This document shows positions 57,875 through 60,674 of a DNA stretch of 60,674 nucleotides, one piece after another. The DNA comes from a virus. Taxonomy: Duplodnaviria; Caudoviricetes. The translations under genes were made by a program, and so were the position numbers. The notes under the pieces were generated by a model, which was not told the DNA's origin, did no database searches, and worked only from the letters and a program-made list of their open reading frames with translations. The DNA is taken from IMG/VR virus record IMGVR_UViG_3300017774_001580, positions 1 to 60,674 of that record, one strand, 5' to 3'. The first letter of the stretch is position 1, and each line of letters begins with the position of its first letter.

Positions 57875-58045
57875 CTAGTAGCCTTTCTTCGCAGGCATTG
57901 CTTTTTTTGAAGCTCCCTTTGCCATCTTGTTAGTGGCAGGTGTTTTGCCAGCCTTTTTAGCCATTGGAGGCATTTTATCTCCACCAGCAGGTGGCTGTAA
58001 ACGAGAAGACATTGGTAAATTTGGAGTTGATGATGACTTTTTCAT
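57875..58045 (-). CDS. 56-aa Lys/Ala/Pro-rich peptide
   Basis: Manual translation MKKSSSTPNLPMSSRLQPPAGGDKMPPMAKKAGKTPATNKMAKGASKKAMPAKKGY. Confidence 0.6.
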   Translation of the reverse strand: MKKSSSTPNLPMSSRLQPPAGGDKMPPMAKKAGKTPATNKMAKGASKKAMPAKKGY

Positions 58046-58046
58046 G

Positions 58047-58295
58047 TTATTGATTTTTAAATTGATTGCCTAATGTTGCTAAACCTGCGATTTTTGGCAT
58101 ACTCGCTTGATTACTTTTTTGTCTACCCATCATAGCCTTGATCCTGTTGTTTTCATTCTGCATTTCAGTGATCATTTTGACCTGCTTGTTGTTGAATGTG
58201 ATATCATTCAGCTTCTTAGCTAAATCTATGCTACCAGAAACAGGCTTTTTCTCCTCTTTCTTAGGTTCTTGCTTAGTTTTTTTATCGTCTGCCAT
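58047..58295 (-). CDS. Small basic protein (82 aa, MADDKKTK...)
   Basis: ATG 58295 lies downstream of the promoter element at 58324-58317. Confidence 0.65.
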   Translation of the reverse strand: MADDKKTKQEPKKEEKKPVSGSIDLAKKLNDITFNNKQVKMITEMQNENNRIKAMMGRQKSNQASMPKIAGLATLGNQFKNQ

Positions 58296-58316
58296 GGTAT
58301 ATTTTTTTATTTCGGT

Positions 58317-58357
58317 CAAATATAATAATTTTTCTTGATTATATTTGTATAAAATTT
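58317..58357. promoter_or_regulatory. Back-to-back divergent -7 promoter elements forming a 10-bp inverted repeat
   Basis: CAAATATAAT (58317-58326), 21 nt, ATTATATTTG (58348-58357); each arm contains TATATTTG. Confidence 0.7.
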
Positions 58358-58373
58358 AATAAAATTTAATAAA

Positions 58374-58820
58374 ATGGCTGTACCACCAAGAGACTATCTG
58401 AAATATTACAAGGTAATACGTCAGTACTACAAAGCAAAATTTAAAATATCACAGGCAGAGTTGGATGTTTTAATCTTCATGTACTCTGAAGGATATTTCA
58501 ATAGAGAGAGATTCGCTGAGTTTGAGCGACTCTTACCCTGGAACAAACAAAGATTTCACCAAATGCTAAAGGACGGATGGTTCGAAATCTTTCGAAAGAA
58601 GGTAGGCCAAAGGGCTACCATCTACAAAATGAGCGACAAGGGGAAGCTTCTCATCGCTGACCTTTACAGAAAGCTAAACGGACAAGACATCCCTGTACAG
58701 AAATGCAATAACCCTATCTTCCTAAAAAGGAAAGCCAAGTACAGCGAGAAGATCTACAAAGATATGATCATTGAGATGAATAGTTTTAACAAACAACAAC
58801 GACATCCATCTCCCGAATAA
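58374..58820 (+). CDS. MarR-like winged-helix DNA-binding protein
   Basis: KISQAELDVLIFM...MLKDGWFE...YKMSDKGK; only + strand gene in the late arm. Confidence 0.65.
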   Translation: MAVPPRDYLKYYKVIRQYYKAKFKISQAELDVLIFMYSEGYFNRERFAEFERLLPWNKQRFHQMLKDGWFEIFRKKVGQRATIYKMSDKGKLLIADLYRKLNGQDIPVQKCNNPIFLKRKAKYSEKIYKDMIIEMNSFNKQQRHPSPE

Positions 58821-59043
58821 TCGTATGCTGCTCATTATTGATGATCATCGTGAATGAGAATCCCTTGTCGTAGTAGACAACGTCACCCTCTTTTATCACT
58901 GACACGTCAGTACCAGGTTTTACTACCTGCCCCTTTTTGTATCTGAACTGATTGGCATCGTCTCCTGAAAGGATGATGCCTGAGTCAGTTTTGATTTCCT
59001 CGTCAATTGACGAAACGACTATGTACTTTCCTATTGGTTGCAT
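58786..59043 (-). CDS. groES: Co-chaperonin GroES
   Basis: MQPIGKYIVV...KTDSGIIL (mobile loop)...GQVV..G...IKEGDVVYY...IIRE.DVV. Confidence 0.88.
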   Translation of the reverse strand: MQPIGKYIVVSSIDEEIKTDSGIILSGDDANQFRYKKGQVVKPGTDVSVIKEGDVVYYDKGFSFTMIINNEQHTIIREMDVVVVC

Positions 59044-59049
59044 TGAATT

Positions 59050-59586
59050 TTATTTTAAAAGAAAAAATGTTACCTCATCGACTTTTTTATAAAACTTTAG
59101 AGTCCTAAACCATCTCCGGTTCCTCTCTGATATGATGCTCATGTTGCAGAACGCATAGATTTTTGGATCACTCTCCCTGAGACCATTCTCCACTAAGTCC
59201 CTCGCAATTGCTTTGTGTATACTTGTCGGCTCTGCCCTCCACCAGATGTAGCCGCCTAGATTCACACCGCTGTAGGCCCTTGGATATGTTATTGCCTTGA
59301 TGATACTAACCCTCATCATCTCTGCTCTGACAACTGCGGAGATAGCCATATATCGCAGGCCCTCTACGTCAGTCGAGTCAGGTGTCTCTGACATTAGCAT
59401 CTTGGCCATCCAGTCTACTTCGTCCCACTGCCCCCTTGGCTTTTTGTTGATTGAGTAGTCTAGCGTCTTCTCCTCAGCAATCTCCTGTACCTGTTCCTCC
59501 CGATACTGTATCTCCTTCTTCTTCTCAATTGGACTGAAAAGGGAAAATGCCGCAGTAAACAAGAATAGAAATATTGCATACTTCAT
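59050..59586 (-). CDS. SleB-like cell-wall hydrolase (Hydrolase_2-like) with signal peptide
   Basis: WMAKMLMSE (candidate catalytic Glu)...EG...A...V.R...SI..AI..P.AYS; hydrophobic N-terminus. Confidence 0.6.
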   Translation of the reverse strand: MKYAIFLFLFTAAFSLFSPIEKKKEIQYREEQVQEIAEEKTLDYSINKKPRGQWDEVDWMAKMLMSETPDSTDVEGLRYMAISAVVRAEMMRVSIIKAITYPRAYSGVNLGGYIWWRAEPTSIHKAIARDLVENGLRESDPKIYAFCNMSIISERNRRWFRTLKFYKKVDEVTFFLLK

Positions 59587-59608
59587 ATTTGATTAAATTT
59601 AATTAGAT

Positions 59609-59634
59609 AAAAGGGGCTGAGTTTCCTCAACCCC
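59609..59634 (-). terminator. Terminator-like hairpin after groEL
   Basis: GGGGTTGAG-GAAA-CTCAGCCCC-TTTT. Confidence 0.7.
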
Positions 59635-59663
59635 AACACTTCAGAAAACAAAATCAAATCAAT

Positions 59664-60674
59664 TTATTGTTTAGCATTAGAGATCTCAAAGCTCCTACCC
59701 ATTGTGATGATGGCGTTAGTGCTAAGAATTGTTGATGCCACACTCACTGCATTTTGCAGCGCACTCCTTGTGACCTTCAATGGGTCAACAATACCCATCT
59801 TGATGAGGTCCCCAAACTCACCGGTCTTGACATTGTAGCCATGACCGTCAGGCACCTTGTCATACCCATTAGGAGTAAAGAACTCATACACCTCCTCAAA
59901 GTTAAGCCCCACATTTTTTAGTATCTGTCTGATTGGAGCCTCAAGCGCTGCGTCAATGATATGCCATGCCACGTTCAGCTCATCATTTTCCTCACTCAAT
60001 AGCTTACTATGGTCAATCTCGAAGAGTGCTTTGCCTGCACCTGGAAGGATACCCTCCTCCAAGGCTGACCTTACTGCGCATACGGCATCGTCAACTCGAT
60101 CATACAGCTCCTTCTGCTCCAGGTCAGTATTACCCCCGACATATATCACCCCGATGCCACCGGTAAGCGAAGCGATGCGCTCAAGTATGAAGTCCTTGTC
60201 AGCCTTGCGCTTTGCCATAGCGTGAGCGGCCCATAGCTGTTTGACCCTCTCCTCCACTAGCTCAGACTTGGCTCTCGCCTCAGACTTGAGAAGAATGGTC
60301 TTGTCGGATGAGACAATGACCTTTGCTGCATGGCCCAGGTCAGCGTAGTTGATGAGCGACAAGTCGTCACCTGTTTTCTCGCTGAAGTAATTAGCCCCAA
60401 CGCTCACCGCGATGTCCTGCATCAGCTCATGCTGCTTATACCCAAAACTAGGTGGTGCCACAGCGCAGACCTTTACGTTCCCTTTGACCACATTTGCCGC
60501 AAGGGTATTGACCACGTTCACGCTACATGGCGATATGATGAGTAGCTTTTTGCCCTCAGTAATGATTGGCTTTAGTATGTTCTCAATCTGTAAGATGTTA
60601 CTTATCTCAATGTCAGCAACCAAGACCATCACATCCTCAAACACACACTCGTCCTTTTTTTGGTCATTGATGAA
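59664..60674 (-). CDS. groEL: Chaperonin GroEL, C-terminal part
   Basis: AVAPPSFG, ERIASLTGG, DRVDDAVCAVRSALEEGILPGAG, GIVDPLKVTRSALQNA; in frame with 1-753. Confidence 0.96.
   Translation of the reverse strand, partial: FINDQKKDECVFEDVMVLVADIEISNILQIENILKPIITEGKKLLIISPCSVNVVNTLAANVVKGNVKVCAVAPPSFGYKQHELMQDIAVSVGANYFSEKTGDDLSLINYADLGHAAKVIVSSDKTILLKSEARAKSELVEERVKQLWAAHAMAKRKADKDFILERIASLTGGIGVIYVGGNTDLEQKELYDRVDDAVCAVRSALEEGILPGAGKALFEIDHSKLLSEENDELNVAWHIIDAALEAPIRQILKNVGLNFEEVYEFFTPNGYDKVPDGHGYNVKTGEFGDLIKMGIVDPLKVTRSALQNAVSVASTILSTNAIITMGRSFEISNAKQ
60552..60674. repeat. Terminal overlap identical to 1-123
   Basis: Direct comparison of the two ends. Confidence 0.95.

Noticed and set aside
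60552-60674. 123-bp end repeat as a biological direct terminal repeat
   Set aside because: It falls inside the groEL coding sequence and is best explained as assembler overlap of a circular contig
1-60674. tRNA genes, integrase/att site, stop-codon reassignment, introns or inteins
   Set aside because: No cloverleaf or recombinase motif noticed; genes are intact and densely packed under the standard code with all three stops used. tRNAscan-SE was not run

Overview
The window is a complete, circularly assembled dsDNA tailed-phage genome of about 60,551 bp; bases 1-123 repeat at 60552-60674 and a groEL gene runs across that junction. Host-type TAnnTTTG promoters, AT-rich translation starts without Shine-Dalgarno sites and a BT4734/VirE-N-type primase point to a Bacteroidota (probably Flavobacteria-like) host. 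The gene set looks podovirus-like and lytic: I recognise no integrase, tRNA, DNA polymerase or RNA polymerase. The + strand arm (about 2445-19063) carries a ~500-nt highly structured non-coding leader, about 25 small early genes separated by shared repeats, and recombination/replication genes (DnaA-C-like, Sak-type SSAP, RecE-like exonuclease, SET-domain protein, SSB, primase-helicase, C5-MTase-like, SF2 helicase, VRR-NUC). The - strand arm carries GroEL, a SleB-like hydrolase, GroES, small basic proteins, lysis genes, TerL, portal, scaffold, major capsid, tail proteins and large ejection proteins. The strongest unexplained signals are: (1) the multi-helix candidate ncRNA at about 2445-2940; (2) two copies of an element with GACA repeats, an IHF-consensus site and an AT-rich tract (1061-1240 and 12337-12521); (3) a duplicated 26-nt pseudoknot-capable motif; (4) an unannotated acidic 40-aa peptide ending in an SSB-tail-like ELPF; (5) a divergent-promoter switch next to a winged-helix gene. 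All protein calls come from motif recognition by eye; no database searches were run.
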